IMG/VR virus record: IMGVR_UViG_3300035181_002522
Coordinates: 100,332 to 164,331 of that record
DNA from: a virus
Strand: one strand, 5' to 3'
DNA: 64,000 nucleotides
A program made the translations under genes and the position numbers. Shown here piece after piece: positions 29,661 to 40,129 of this stretch. How positions within the stretch are numbered: position 1 is the stretch's first letter; the number at the start of each line of letters is the position of its first letter. Below the pieces are notes generated by a model. That model did no database searches. It saw only the letters and a program-made list of their open reading frames with translations, and had not been told where the DNA came from.

Positions 29661-29909
29661 ATGAAAATACATGAATTATTTGAACCAAGCCAGATACTCG
29701 AACGTGCTCCAGAAGATAATGAGTATGCATGGCACCAAGAAGTATCGGATAGAGTTGCTAATTCAGCGCAACAGAAAGTTTGGCGAGTAGTTGATGCAAA
29801 GGGCAGAGAGATATTTCACCAACTTGATTTAGCTACAGCGAAAAAAGCAGCAATGAATCCAAACTTTATTAAAAAGTTTGGTAAATTAAAAGTCGAAAAA
29901 ATGAAATAA
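29661..29909 (+). CDS. Small late protein (MKIHELFE N-terminus)
   Basis: TAAATA at 29631 and RBS hairpin. Confidence 0.65.
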   Translation: MKIHELFEPSQILERAPEDNEYAWHQEVSDRVANSAQQKVWRVVDAKGREIFHQLDLATAKKAAMNPNFIKKFGKLKVEKMK

Positions 29910-30594
29910 TGAAAGATTTTTAAACAGATGTAAGAAAGCTCTCATAGAGGATATAATTGTTGTTATTGGTAGTATTGCAATTTATTTTATTGCACAAGCT
30001 TTATCCTCATAAGAGGAAGTAAAAATGTCTGATTTTCTTTTATCATATTTGATTTGTCTAGTATATTGCTGGATAGAATTCATTTATGTATATCGGTATG
30101 ATATTCATAAAGGTTATACAACAAAACTTGCTGATGCTGGTCCTTTTATTTTTGCTTTAGTTCCATTTGTCAATGTTGCAAAAACTTAATGACTCAAGTT
30201 TCAAATGGATTTACGGTCCCTCCAGTAAAAGATAAAAGATAAAAGATGGCATGGTTTTCAAAAGTTAAAAACATTTTTTAAAACTAAATATGAACCTGGA
30301 GAAGTAAAGAGGCAAATATTTGCTTCATTACACGCTGATTTAAATATTGATAACTTTATTGACTCGTATGATTAGATAAAATGAGGTCATTTCAAAATAA
30401 AAACTATTTACCGAGGAAAATATGACTATACAATTAAATTGTGAAAAAACGATGTTTATCGCTGACCTTGTTAAGCTGGCAAAAGAGTACGGTCGGTATG
30501 GCGATTACGTGGAAGTTCGTGAATTTGTTAGCTATGTGATTGAAGAGCAAGGCTTTAATTATGATGATTTCGATTTAGAATCGAGCAATTAATT

Positions 30595-30942
30595 ATGCTG
30601 CCACCATCAAAAGAACAAATTGAGCGTCTATGTTTGCTTAATGCTGAGTTAAGAGCATTTGAAAATCCAAAGTTAGACCCATTAACTCCAGAGCTATTAG
30701 CAGCGTTGATAAGAAATGTCAATAGTAATTGGCAATTCATAAAGCACTATAGTGGTCCGCAGCAAAAGCCGACATTTGAAGAAACTTTATTTCGCCAAAG
30801 TATTAGCAGCTTTTGCGGGTGTATTGGTCCTATAGATGGCGACCCATATTGTGGCTGTCTTATGTCGCAATACCGATACGAATATCGATATGAGATTGCT
30901 CTCTCATTAATTGAGCAGAATTTTGCTCCTATAGTTCAGTAG
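30595..30942 (+). CDS. Hypothetical protein with Cys motif
   Basis: CGCIGPIDGDPYCGC. Confidence 0.6.
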   Translation: MLPPSKEQIERLCLLNAELRAFENPKLDPLTPELLAALIRNVNSNWQFIKHYSGPQQKPTFEETLFRQSISSFCGCIGPIDGDPYCGCLMSQYRYEYRYEIALSLIEQNFAPIVQ

Positions 30943-31000
30943 GTAGAGTACTTCCTTGGTAAGGAAGTGGTCACGTGTTCGATTCACATTAGGAGCTTCA
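30925..31000 (+). tRNA. tRNA-Thr(GGT)
   Basis: GCTCCTA/TAGGAGC; CTTCC-TTGGTAA-GGAAG; ends TTCA. Confidence 0.85.
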
Positions 31001-31015
31001 AATTAAGGGACTATA

Positions 31016-31433
31016 ATGAATATGATAGAATTAAGTGAAAAATCAATAACAGTTCTAGACAAACTAGAACTGGATGAAAATAAAATTTTAGTTGTATCGG
31101 TTGATGTCGGAACATTTCCAAAGGAAAAAGCAAAGCAATTTATGGCAGCCGTTGGGAATGCTTTTGAAAAACAACTAAACTGCCATACAATAGTGATGCC
31201 ATCTTCTATTAAACTTTCAGTTATCGATAAACAAAATGAACCTGAATAAAAAGTTTGATGACCTAAAAGAACCACAGCGGTTTTTAGTATTCATCACAGT
31301 ATTCACTACAATTATGTTGTTATTAAATGTCGGTTTCACATTTTCACAGCTATGGTTAAGTGGTATAATGTTAATTCTCATTGGTGTAATTGGCATATCA
31401 AGAGTGTGCTATATGTCTCATTTGGAGAAGTAA
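31016..31433 (+). CDS. Two small proteins (31016-31249; 31236-31433 membrane)
   Basis: Overlapping ORFs; VDVGTFPKEKAKQFM recalls a T4 portal segment. Confidence 0.55.
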
Positions 31434-31499
31434 CTTAACTGGTAGAGCAAGTCCTTCATATGGACAAGGTCAAGGGTTTGAGTCCCTTTTTCTCCACCA
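31424..31499 (+). tRNA. tRNA-CAT (Met/Ile)
   Basis: GGAGAAG/TTTCTCC-ACCA; GTCC-TTCATAT-GGAC. Confidence 0.8.
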
Positions 31500-31513
31500 A
31501 ACATTTTATTTTT

Positions 31514-31747
31514 ATGGACCTACTTTTAACAATTTATGTAGTAAGCACTATTTTGGTTTTCGCTATTGGGTTTTGCGCACTTTTGCTGGACATGTGGAAT
31601 GGTTATAGCTTTAGAGAAGTTTTCTGTCTAGAAAATCTTTATTACTTAGCGGTAATGTCATTTATGCCAATCCTGAATACTTGGATTTGCTGTTCAGTAA
31701 TCGTTGTCGGTATTGTTTATTTGGGCCAGTTAATTTTTTGTAAATAA
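31514..31747 (+). CDS. Small membrane protein
   Basis: Two hydrophobic segments. Confidence 0.55.
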   Translation: MDLLLTIYVVSTILVFAIGFCALLLDMWNGYSFREVFCLENLYYLAVMSFMPILNTWICCSVIVVGIVYLGQLIFCK

Positions 31748-32127
31748 AAGTTTTACTTTTTCGTAAAATTTGATATGATTACTCCTTGAATTTAGTGGAG
31801 ACATAAAGATGAAAGCCTTACAGTCATAATGAAGTGGTTGGCTTGCATAGTGTAGATGATATCTACTCTGATAAAGTTGATTTGATTTTTTTGGGTGATG
31901 CACTTGCTAATAGAAGTAAATGTATGACATGTCATTTGCAATGCAAAACGAACCATTAGAAGAGAGATTGACGATGACTAAGCCAATAACCAAATTGAAA
32001 AATGCCTATAAAAATAGGCTTTTAAAGTTTCATTTTGAAAATCAAAAGTTTTCAATTTGAATTTTGCTCAATAACAAATTGAGCAAAACATTGTGAAGTT
32101 GTATTTTAATTAAACTGGGGGGATATA

Positions 32128-32871
32128 ATGAAGAAATTCATGATTGTGCTGTTGTGTGGCGCGCTTAGCTTAGTATCAGTTAGTGCAAGTGCATCTGTTT
32201 TTGACATCTTAACAGCGCATGCTGGAGATTTTTCATTTACTGGGACTACTTATGTCAATACTGGAACGGGAGCTGTTGGTTCAACTCAGCGTGGAATTGG
32301 AGTGATCACTTCTATTTCTGATAGTGCTGGTAATATTATCTGGAGTTCTGGTGATGTTGGGTCTTATTTGTATTATGTTTTTGATGACTACAAAATAACA
32401 TCTGCAATAACGCTTGGAACAAAAACTTTGTTTTCAGATACTGGTGGTAAAGTAGATTTTTACTTTAATCCAAGTAGTATTTTTACTCCGACTGGTAAAT
32501 TTGAAAAAGATGCATTGACGATAACTGATAATCCACAGTCAGAGTTATTCTTAAAAACTGTGGCTGTAGCTGATGCTAATGGAGTTACCGTAGAAGGCAT
32601 TAAATCTTCATCTGGGACTGGACCATTTAGTGTTTCTGGTGGATTGCTAAATGTAGTTGGTGGAATCTATGCCTATCTGTTTAATACAAATGGAATCTTC
32701 GGCGCAGATATGACCTTTGATATTTCAGGTAATACTGTAAATACTGCAGGCTATACTTCTAGAGGAAGTGTTAGTGGCGCTGGTTTAACAACTATACCAT
32801 TGGTAGAATCATCATGGTTAATGCTAAGTGGCTTTTTAGTTTTGCTTTTTAGTTTAAGACGTAAAACATAA
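32128..32871 (+). CDS. PEP-CTERM/VPLPA-CTERM-like exported protein
   Basis: Signal peptide; Gly/Ser/Thr-rich body; C-terminal TIPLVESSWLMLSGFLVLLFSLRRK sorting-like tail. Confidence 0.75.
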   Translation: MKKFMIVLLCGALSLVSVSASASVFDILTAHAGDFSFTGTTYVNTGTGAVGSTQRGIGVITSISDSAGNIIWSSGDVGSYLYYVFDDYKITSAITLGTKTLFSDTGGKVDFYFNPSSIFTPTGKFEKDALTITDNPQSELFLKTVAVADANGVTVEGIKSSSGTGPFSVSGGLLNVVGGIYAYLFNTNGIFGADMTFDISGNTVNTAGYTSRGSVSGAGLTTIPLVESSWLMLSGFLVLLFSLRRKT

Positions 32872-32951
32872 GTTATGTTAAATGAACTGCTAATTTAATT
32901 AGTAGTTCATTTAAAAACAATGCACAAAATTAATAGAATAATTTAAATTTT

Positions 32952-33023
32952 GTCATCGTGGCCTAATGGTAGGGCAAAGGTCTGCAAAACCTTAGATTGC
33001 TGGTTCAAGTCCAGTCGATGACT
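32952..33023 (+). tRNA. tRNA-Cys(GCA), CCA not encoded
   Basis: GTCATCG/CGATGAC; AAGGT-CTGCAAA-ACCTT. Confidence 0.88.
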
Positions 33024-33084
33024 CATTTGTCATTTTTGTACTTTTTTGATAACTAGATTAAATTCTTTTTTAGAAAAATACAAA

Positions 33085-33300
33085 AGTGCGGAAACAAAAG
33101 AAATACCATTACATCTACAAAACAACTAATCTTATCAAGGGATATTCCTACTTAGGAATGCATTCAACTGATAATTTAGAAGATGGTTATATTGGTAATG
33201 GTAGGTGATTAAGATATTCCATACAAAAATATGGTATAGAAAATCACCTAGAAGGTAAAACATTTCAGATTGCAGGTTTAGTGGGTGAAGCAGATAGGCA
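33085..33300 (+). pseudogene. GIY-YIG homing endonuclease remnant
   Basis: YHYIYKTTNL...GMHSTDNLEDGYIGNG fragments across frames. Confidence 0.65.
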
Positions 33301-33433
33301 ATGGGTACTTGCTCTGTTTCATCGCCCTCCTGTCTATTTGGATGGAAGAAGCTCTTTAAGCGATATTAGTTTTTGTTTTACTAGAAAAGAATTAATAGAG
33401 CTTAAAGAAATTAAAACTTAAATTAGAGATAAT

Positions 33434-33697
33434 ATGAAATTTGTAGCATTATTTTTTATAGTATTTTTAACTAGTTGTGCATCAGTTACTAATATTGATC
33501 GTGTAGAAAGACAGGTAGATGCTCTCCAGTTTAGAGTTTCTAAGTTAGAAACTCAAATTAGTGATACAAATCATATCGCAAAAGAAGCTTTAGTACAAGC
33601 AGAATTCGCAAGACTTGCTGCAGATAAAGCAGCTCAAACTGCTGAAGATACTAATAAGAAAGTCGATAAGTTATTCGAGCTTTTTCAAAAGAAATAG
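33434..33697 (+). CDS. Lpp/OprI-like alanine-zipper lipoprotein
   Basis: LTSC lipobox; coiled coil; AADKAAQTAEDTNKKVDKLF; terminal Lys. Confidence 0.75.
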   Translation: MKFVALFFIVFLTSCASVTNIDRVERQVDALQFRVSKLETQISDTNHIAKEALVQAEFARLAADKAAQTAEDTNKKVDKLFELFQKK

Positions 33698-33702
33698 TTT
33701 AT

Positions 33703-33780
33703 TGCAATGTAGCTCAGTTGGTAGAGCAGCAGGTTTTGATCTTATGCGTCGTAGGGGGCCGAATCCCTGCACTATTGCCA
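33703..33780 (+). pseudogene. Degenerate tRNA (Gln TTG-like)
   Basis: Canonical D-arm, TTTTGAT loop, broken T-arm, GCCA end. Confidence 0.55.
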
Positions 33781-33945
33781 ATTTTTGATATAATGAATAT
33801 TGCTGATTCAGAAGGATTTTGACAAAGCGAAGATGGCGAGATCATTGAAGTATATGATCTCGAACAAGTTGGAGTTTTGGGCATATGTTTCTTTATCAAG
33901 ATAGATATGGACGAAAATTTCTAATTTAATTATCTGAGGACTACA

Positions 33946-34596
33946 ATGTTTGCAATTGAGCACTTATTATCAATCATCGATTTACTCTTTTTCTCTGGGG
34001 TATGGTCAACAGTTTTATCGGTCAGCTTTATCGTTTTATCATTAATTTTGGTTTCATATGAAAAGTATGGAATTGAATATTTTCTGTTAGCCATTGCAAC
34101 TCTCGGCCTTCAATATTTCACTGAAGTTCAACCAATTACATTTATTTGGAATCATCCTGTTGAAGCTCTAACATATGGTGGTAGCTATCTTGCAATCGGT
34201 GGTATCTACTCTATCATTAAGTATTGGACTTTCGTAAGAGAGGTTTTAAAGGAAGTGCAAGAGCTTAAAGTTAAATTTATTGCACATTATGATTTGCCGA
34301 TTACGGTGACTGATGAAATTCCAGAAGATTGCAAGTCAGAATGGAAGTGGAAGCTTAAAGTTGAAATGACAAGTATCAATGGTTGTGAATTTATCAATGG
34401 TGGTATTAGCCCAGCTAATCAAAAGGCCAGATTGACTAATTGGATAGCTTTTTGGCCTTTCTCCGCAATTGGTTTGTTCTTAGCCGACCCAATCAAACAT
34501 GGCATAATTTTAATTCGCAAATTGTTAACTGAAATATACGAATTGACATTTACTCGATTGGTCAAACGATATATTCACCCATCAGACATCAGTTAG
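33946..34596 (+). CDS. Multi-pass membrane protein
   Basis: Several TM segments; NWIAFWPFS motif. Confidence 0.75.
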   Translation: MFAIEHLLSIIDLLFFSGVWSTVLSVSFIVLSLILVSYEKYGIEYFLLAIATLGLQYFTEVQPITFIWNHPVEALTYGGSYLAIGGIYSIIKYWTFVREVLKEVQELKVKFIAHYDLPITVTDEIPEDCKSEWKWKLKVEMTSINGCEFINGGISPANQKARLTNWIAFWPFSAIGLFLADPIKHGIILIRKLLTEIYELTFTRLVKRYIHPSDIS

Positions 34597-34639
34597 TCAA
34601 TGATAAATATCTCCTTTATAATACATAAAGGAGATAATC

Positions 34640-34783
34640 GTGGGTGTTAGAATTGAAAAACACGGGAAAACAGTTGCAAGTTTTTCAACTGAAAATTTGA
34701 AAAAGCAGTTGGGTAGCAACAAAAAGAAAAATGCAAAAATCAAGAAAGAATTAACACGACGTGGAGTTTTGTTAGAAGATTAA
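34640..34783 (+). CDS. 47-aa basic late peptide (not in ORF track)
   Basis: TAAATA at 34604; AAGGAG RBS inside a 12-bp hairpin; GTG start; followed by a terminator. Confidence 0.6.
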   Translation: MGVRIEKHGKTVASFSTENLKKQLGSNKKKNAKIKKELTRRGVLLED

Positions 34784-34801
34784 TAGCTGATAATGCTAAA
34801 G

Positions 34802-34829
34802 AAAAAGGAGGTTTAATGCCTCCTTTTTT
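34802..34829. terminator. Rho-independent terminator
   Basis: AAAAAGGAGG-TTTAATG-CCTCCTTTTT. Confidence 0.75.
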
Positions 34830-34878
34830 GTGTACGAAGCATGGGCTGTTTGATATAATTTATCAATCGGAGGTTCAT

Positions 34879-35124
34879 ATGACATTTTTTATTAGAGATA
34901 AAAACACAGTATATGCTGGTTTAACTGGACATTGGTCAGCACCGGTAATTGATACTGACGAAATCACTCCAACTACTTCAGACGTAAAAGTAGTGGCTTT
35001 TACCACCCGCCATGCTGCGCAAATGCAGATATACAACATTAGCGCGATTGATACTGAAAATCGACAATGGACAACTTCAAATAATCTAGACTTTATTTCA
35101 TTACCAAATGAAACAATAAAGTGA
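34879..35124 (+). CDS. Hypothetical protein
   Basis: GGAGG RBS before MTFFIRD. Confidence 0.6.
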   Translation: MTFFIRDKNTVYAGLTGHWSAPVIDTDEITPTTSDVKVVAFTTRHAAQMQIYNISAIDTENRQWTTSNNLDFISLPNETIK

Positions 35125-35380
35125 GTGTTTATTTAGACATCTGTAAAAAAGCTGAAAAAGAAGAAACTTCTTATAAGCATGGCGCTTTTGGTAAATGTGA
35201 AGTATATGTTGACAGAGTAACCAGCACATATGATGTCTATAGAGAAACGGTTCTTGAATCTCTGAACATATTAAATTGAAGCAGATAATAAGTTCAATCA
35301 TCAATGAAGCTAAACATCGCTTAGTTAAACATTTTGACATAGCACTTTAATTTTTAGGGATTATTTTTAGGAATAAAAAC

Positions 35381-35893
35381 GTGACAAAGATAATTAATCT
35401 CTTCGGGGCACCTTGCTCTGGTAAATCTACACATCGTGCTCGCATATTTGCAGAGATGAAGATTGCAGGCTATCATGTAGAAGAAGTTACAGAATATGCA
35501 AAAGACATCATTTGGGAAGATAGAGAGAACTTGTTTGAAGACCAGCTCTATATCTTAGCAAAACAAAATCGACGTATCTCAAGGTTAATTGATAAGGTTG
35601 ATTACGTGGTGACTGATAGTCCGTTGTTAATGAATGTGGTATATGCAAATCCACAGACGCCATATCGTGAAGCGCTAAAAAGCTTGACTATTGAAATTGC
35701 TGGACATTACAACAACATCAATTTCTTCTTGAACCGAACTCACGAATTTCAGCAATATGGTCGAGTTCATGGTGAAGAGCACTCTAATGATTTAGCTGAA
35801 CAGATTAAATGTGCACTTCATAATAATGGTGTAATATTTCATGAGTATAATTCAAATGAATTTGATTTTAATCAGTTGAAACAATTTTTATGA
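35381..35893 (+). CDS. NadR-like P-loop nucleoside/nucleotide kinase
   Basis: IINLFGAPCSGKST, EYAKD, VVTDSPL. Confidence 0.8.
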   Translation: MTKIINLFGAPCSGKSTHRARIFAEMKIAGYHVEEVTEYAKDIIWEDRENLFEDQLYILAKQNRRISRLIDKVDYVVTDSPLLMNVVYANPQTPYREALKSLTIEIAGHYNNINFFLNRTHEFQQYGRVHGEEHSNDLAEQIKCALHNNGVIFHEYNSNEFDFNQLKQFL

Positions 35894-36357
35894 TAGTTGA
35901 AGTTTGGCTTGACCTTGAAGAAACGATAATTGACAATTGGCATGATGGTCAGTTTAAATATTGCAACATTGTCAAGATTAAAAGCTTTTTAGCAAATTTA
36001 CCAAAACAGCCAGAGCACTTAAACATTTGGTCTCATGCGATATATGATGAAGCTGATAAACAGCACTTTGATAAGTATATGCGCGAATCACTTGAGCGTG
36101 AGCTTGGTTATTTGATAAAAGAGTTCCCAAGTGTCAAAGAGCAAATGCAAATTGCTAAAGAGTTTGAAAATTTCAAATATGACGATATGCATGAATTTAT
36201 GCAATTTAATGGCAAGAATTTATCATTCATGAAGATGGGGTTTTTGAAAAAAGACACTACACTTTATTTGATTGATGATTCCGCAATGTCAATTTCAATT
36301 CACGTCCATAAAAATAATGTTATAATGAATTTGCTCAATATCGATACTGATTTTTAA
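35890..36357 (+). CDS. HAD-like protein
   Basis: WLDLEETI...IWS...LIDD. Confidence 0.6.
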   Translation: MIVEVWLDLEETIIDNWHDGQFKYCNIVKIKSFLANLPKQPEHLNIWSHAIYDEADKQHFDKYMRESLERELGYLIKEFPSVKEQMQIAKEFENFKYDDMHEFMQFNGKNLSFMKMGFLKKDTTLYLIDDSAMSISIHVHKNNVIMNLLNIDTDF

Positions 36358-36591
36358 TAACAAGGACACTTGATGGAAAAATAAATTTCATCATAATTGC
36401 AGTTATACTTTTTTCTTTGCTTAACTTTGGCGTTCATTTTTGTTAGAATAACTGAACAAAACAAAAAGTTTGTTGAAAGCCGGTTTACAAGATTGCTCTT
36501 TTACTTTACCTGGGCATGCTGGTGTTCAAACAAACTGGCAAAAAGATTGTCAACCACAACCTAACTAATTTTTAAACCAATAGGAAAACAA

Positions 36592-37263
36592 ATGAAGAAA
36601 ATTGTCTTTATGATACCATTGTTACTTGCGCTGGTTGGCTGCAATCATTCGTATGATGCAAATACTGTGGCTGCAGTTCAACCTTGCATGGCCCAAGGCT
36701 ACAATATCGATCAGTGCGTTGCTACATATCATCAGTTTGGTCAAAGCTATGCCAACAATAATGAATGGATAAATTATGCCGCGGCATTTGCAGCCGGTGC
36801 GGCGGCAAATCATTTCTGGAACAGAAATCAATACACGTACAATCCCAACTATTGGGACACTCATCCACGAGTAATGTATAACAATACCACTATTTACCAA
36901 GGAGCTCCTGCTCAGCAATCAGCTCCACAACAAAGACAATCTATTGGATACGTTCAACCAGCTCAAGCTGAAAAAACTCTGGTCATAAATAAACAAGAGT
37001 TGATATCAAATCAAAAAGTTCAACCATTGTTTAAGCCTAATGTAATTGCACCAAATTTGGCGACGCAACCTGCTCAACAGGCGGCAAATCCAGCTTTTCA
37101 GCCGATTCAAGTGCAGGCCCCGAAAGCTCAAACTAGTGGGTTTGCACCAATTCAGGTACAAACACCGAAAGTATCAACTCCAGCGTTTCAGCCGGCTAAA
37201 TCCGCTCCAGTAGCAAAAGCGCCGGCTTTTAAACCAGTTCAAGTAGCTAAACCAAAAAAATAA
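36592..37263 (+). CDS. Lipoprotein with low-complexity Pro/Ala/Gln tail
   Basis: LVGC lipobox; repeated PAFQP/FAPIQVQ units. Confidence 0.75.
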   Translation: MKKIVFMIPLLLALVGCNHSYDANTVAAVQPCMAQGYNIDQCVATYHQFGQSYANNNEWINYAAAFAAGAAANHFWNRNQYTYNPNYWDTHPRVMYNNTTIYQGAPAQQSAPQQRQSIGYVQPAQAEKTLVINKQELISNQKVQPLFKPNVIAPNLATQPAQQAANPAFQPIQVQAPKAQTSGFAPIQVQTPKVSTPAFQPAKSAPVAKAPAFKPVQVAKPKK

Positions 37264-37503
37264 ATGCAAGAATCTTTGAATTACTTAACGAAAGGCAAAC
37301 TTAATAGACTAAATGATACTTGTCTAAAGTACACTAACTTTACAACTTTTGAAGAGTTATTGACTACTACGAACTATAGACCAGTTCTTTATTATGACCA
37401 ATCGTTGAGTAATTCAGTTCGTCGAGATTTAAATGAATTAGCTGATGCGTATGATGATTATATGCAACGTCAGGATGATGTAAGAAGAGTTTATCGTCAA
37501 TGA
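37264..37503 (+). CDS. Hypothetical protein
   Basis: Abutting ORF. Confidence 0.55.
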   Translation: MQESLNYLTKGKLNRLNDTCLKYTNFTTFEELLTTTNYRPVLYYDQSLSNSVRRDLNELADAYDDYMQRQDDVRRVYRQ

Positions 37504-38198
37504 AAAATTTGTTTTTATTTGCCCTAGTTTTATTTTGCTCAGCAGTTGAAGCTAAAGGAGTAGGTCATGGCAGAGTCAATATGTCTAAGCTGTTCAAAAG
37601 CTTAGATGATCATTATCATAACCAGCTTGGCTTAACATCCGAGCTGGATGTGTATAGAGCCACTGGCTATATCACCCCAATTTTTTCAATTACAACTCCA
37701 TCAAAATTTAATGCTTTTGTGAGTTCACAAAATTTATTAGCTTGGGGTCAAAGCGCTCAAAACTATGAAGGTGATACTTTTATTGGTGCCTCAAAATTTT
37801 TTACACTTAATAATTATTTTGCCTTAATTGCTGGCGTGCAAGCTGGCTATTCTTTGATTAGTGGGACAAAATATTTTCAGACATTTGATTATCTCGATCT
37901 CAGAATAAGGCCGCTTAAATGGTTAATTTTTCATGGTGGTCCTTATTATGTCAACCAAGCATTAAGTACAACATACAGTTATGTTGGTGTTCAAACTGGA
38001 GTTGAATTTAATTTTCCAATGTATAAGTTAAATTTTGATTATATTGGTGGGCATTCGAATGTATCTGGCGCGACAGCAACATTAACAAATAAGTGGTCTC
38101 AATATTTTAACTCTTACCTAGGAGTTGGTGTTCCAGAGACAAAGTCTGGAAATGAATTTTATGGGATTATCGGAATAAACTTCAATATGGATATTTGA
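37500..38198 (+). CDS. Putative outer-membrane beta-barrel protein
   Basis: Signal peptide; amphipathic beta strands; C-terminal YGIIGINF. Confidence 0.6.
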   Translation: MKNLFLFALVLFCSAVEAKGVGHGRVNMSKLFKSLDDHYHNQLGLTSELDVYRATGYITPIFSITTPSKFNAFVSSQNLLAWGQSAQNYEGDTFIGASKFFTLNNYFALIAGVQAGYSLISGTKYFQTFDYLDLRIRPLKWLIFHGGPYYVNQALSTTYSYVGVQTGVEFNFPMYKLNFDYIGGHSNVSGATATLTNKWSQYFNSYLGVGVPETKSGNEFYGIIGINFNMDI

Positions 38199-38199
38199 T

Positions 38200-38517
38200 A
38201 TGCGAAATGAACATAAGACTTTAATGCTGCTTCAAGAAGAAGCAGCAGAGCTAATTGAGCAACTCATCCTAGTTAGAGCCGCTCGAACTATTCAACTTGC
38301 ATCCAAATCTTTACGGTTTGGACCACATAGTAAAAACCCATATGAGCCTCATTCGCTATCTAATAAAGACGCACTCACTATGGAGCTTGGTGATTTTTTA
38401 GCGTTAATTGAGGTGCTTACGCTAGAAACTTCTTATCCAATAACCATGGAAGAAATTTTATTAGCTAAAGAACGAAAGTTTAAAAAACTGGAAACTTGGT
38501 TTCCACGTGAGCCATAA
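38200..38517 (+). CDS. MazG-like NTP pyrophosphohydrolase
   Basis: LQEEAAELI...SKSLRFG...ELGDFL. Confidence 0.75.
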   Translation: MRNEHKTLMLLQEEAAELIEQLILVRAARTIQLASKSLRFGPHSKNPYEPHSLSNKDALTMELGDFLALIEVLTLETSYPITMEEILLAKERKFKKLETWFPREP

Positions 38518-38732
38518 TGCTATCATGTGACCACCCTATAATCCATTTGATAACTGATTAACAGTTTGAGTAATTGTGGATGTTATTTTCTACAAAAAGG
38601 ATTACTATATCTACCAAGTTAAGCTACTTTATAACTTAACTTGCAAACTTTTCAAACATTGCTAGAATAAGTTGGAAACGATTAGTTTGCTTATCTAGCT
38701 TAAAATATGAGGTGATTGTCATGTTAAAAAGT

Positions 38733-40070
38733 AAAAAAATGGTATTTGCGGCCACAATTGCAACAATGTTTACCACGGCCTCAGTAGCAGCTGATTTTAC
38801 TGGCACCGCTGAAAAGGTTGTTGACGGTAAGGTGATTTGGTCGATTCACACCTATCAAGTTGGTAAAACTTTTAGCCCAATATCTCATACGAGTGAACCT
38901 ATTCCGGCTGAATATGCTGACTTATATTCTAGCGGGATATCAACTGTCAATTTAGACTCAGCGATTTTATTTGCATTGCCAATCGGTGAATTAGCAAACA
39001 TTAGCCTATTCGATCGTCACTTTGCATTGGTGCATGAAAGAGACATTTCACATTCAAATGGCGATAAAACATGGATTGGCTCCGTTGATGGTGATGGACG
39101 CGCCATTATTACCTTCGGTAAAGATGGTTCAGCGTTTGGTACAATCACTGAAGCTGATGGTAGATCATATTCTATTGAAACAGCAAATAATGGTTCATCA
39201 ATTGCAATTGACAACGAATCAGCAGGCCGCATCATGCCTTCTCTTGAACATGACATGCTTAGTGGTGACAGCCATGCAATGTTAAACGCGGCAGCAAATC
39301 AAGCGGCTAGCATTGCTACAACAATTTCAAATACCGCTCTTGCAGCAGGCATAACAACTACTCCAAAAACCGTAATTGATTTGCTGATTGTTTACAGTTC
39401 AACTTTGCCAAACGCGGCTACGCGCATCAATCAGCTTGTTGCAACCACTAATCAAGCTTATGCCGATAGTGGTTTGACCGATATTTCAGTTAGAGTGGTG
39501 TATTCTTACAGCATTACTTATGCTGATGCAAATGCGAACTCTTCAGCTTTAACATTATTTGCCACAAACTCCGGCGTCTTCAAAGATGTAAATTCTACAA
39601 AAGCGAAATATGGTGCAGACGTTGCAATTTACCTGAGACCGCTGAAGGCTGTTGCACAGGGTTCTTGTGGTGTTTCATATGCTAATGGTGCTAATGGTAC
39701 TTTGCTGCAAGCTTCTAAAGGTTATGCTGTCGTAAGTGATGGAACCGATGGCTCTTATTATTGCTATAACACAACATTGGCACATGAAATTGGCCATGTT
39801 CTTGGCGCTGTACATGATGTTGAACACTCAGGCGGGGTAAAAGGTGCATTCCCATATGCATTTGGTTATGGCATCAATAATGCTTATGGCGATATCATGA
39901 GCTATTACAATCCACAAATTGCCAAGTTCGCAACACCAACATTAGTAGCCATGACTAATGCAAAAGGTGTAAAATATTACCTTGGCGCTGATGGCACTGC
40001 TGATATAGTTAGAACATTTAAACAAACCGCTCCAATAGTTGCCGCATTTGCACCTTCAATCACAAAATAA
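38733..40070 (+). CDS. Secreted reprolysin-like (M12) zinc metalloprotease
   Basis: Signal peptide, prodomain, LAHEIGHVLGAVHD zinc motif, DIMSY Met-turn. Confidence 0.88.
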   Translation, partial: KKMVFAATIATMFTTASVAADFTGTAEKVVDGKVIWSIHTYQVGKTFSPISHTSEPIPAEYADLYSSGISTVNLDSAILFALPIGELANISLFDRHFALVHERDISHSNGDKTWIGSVDGDGRAIITFGKDGSAFGTITEADGRSYSIETANNGSSIAIDNESAGRIMPSLEHDMLSGDSHAMLNAAANQAASIATTISNTALAAGITTTPKTVIDLLIVYSSTLPNAATRINQLVATTNQAYADSGLTDISVRVVYSYSITYADANANSSALTLFATNSGVFKDVNSTKAKYGADVAIYLRPLKAVAQGSCGVSYANGANGTLLQASKGYAVVSDGTDGSYYCYNTTLAHEIGHVLGAVHDVEHSGGVKGAFPYAFGYGINNAYGDIMSYYNPQIAKFATPTLVAMTNAKGVKYYLGADGTADIVRTFKQTAPIVAAFAPSITK

Positions 40071-40088
40071 ACAACTTCACTCTAATAC

Positions 40089-40112
40089 AAGGGAGCTTCG
40101 GCTCCCTTTTTT
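40089..40112 (+). terminator. Rho-independent terminator
   Basis: AAGGGAGC-TTCG-GCTCCCTT followed by a T run. Confidence 0.85.
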
Positions 40113-40129
40113 ATTTTAAGGAAATAAAA

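Noticed and set aside
2010-39285. Many minus-strand or alternate-frame ORFs in the track (e.g. 2010-2213, 4204-4584, 8697-9119, 10388-10627, 26034-26372, 27590-27784)
   Set aside because: They shadow better-supported + strand genes or tRNAs
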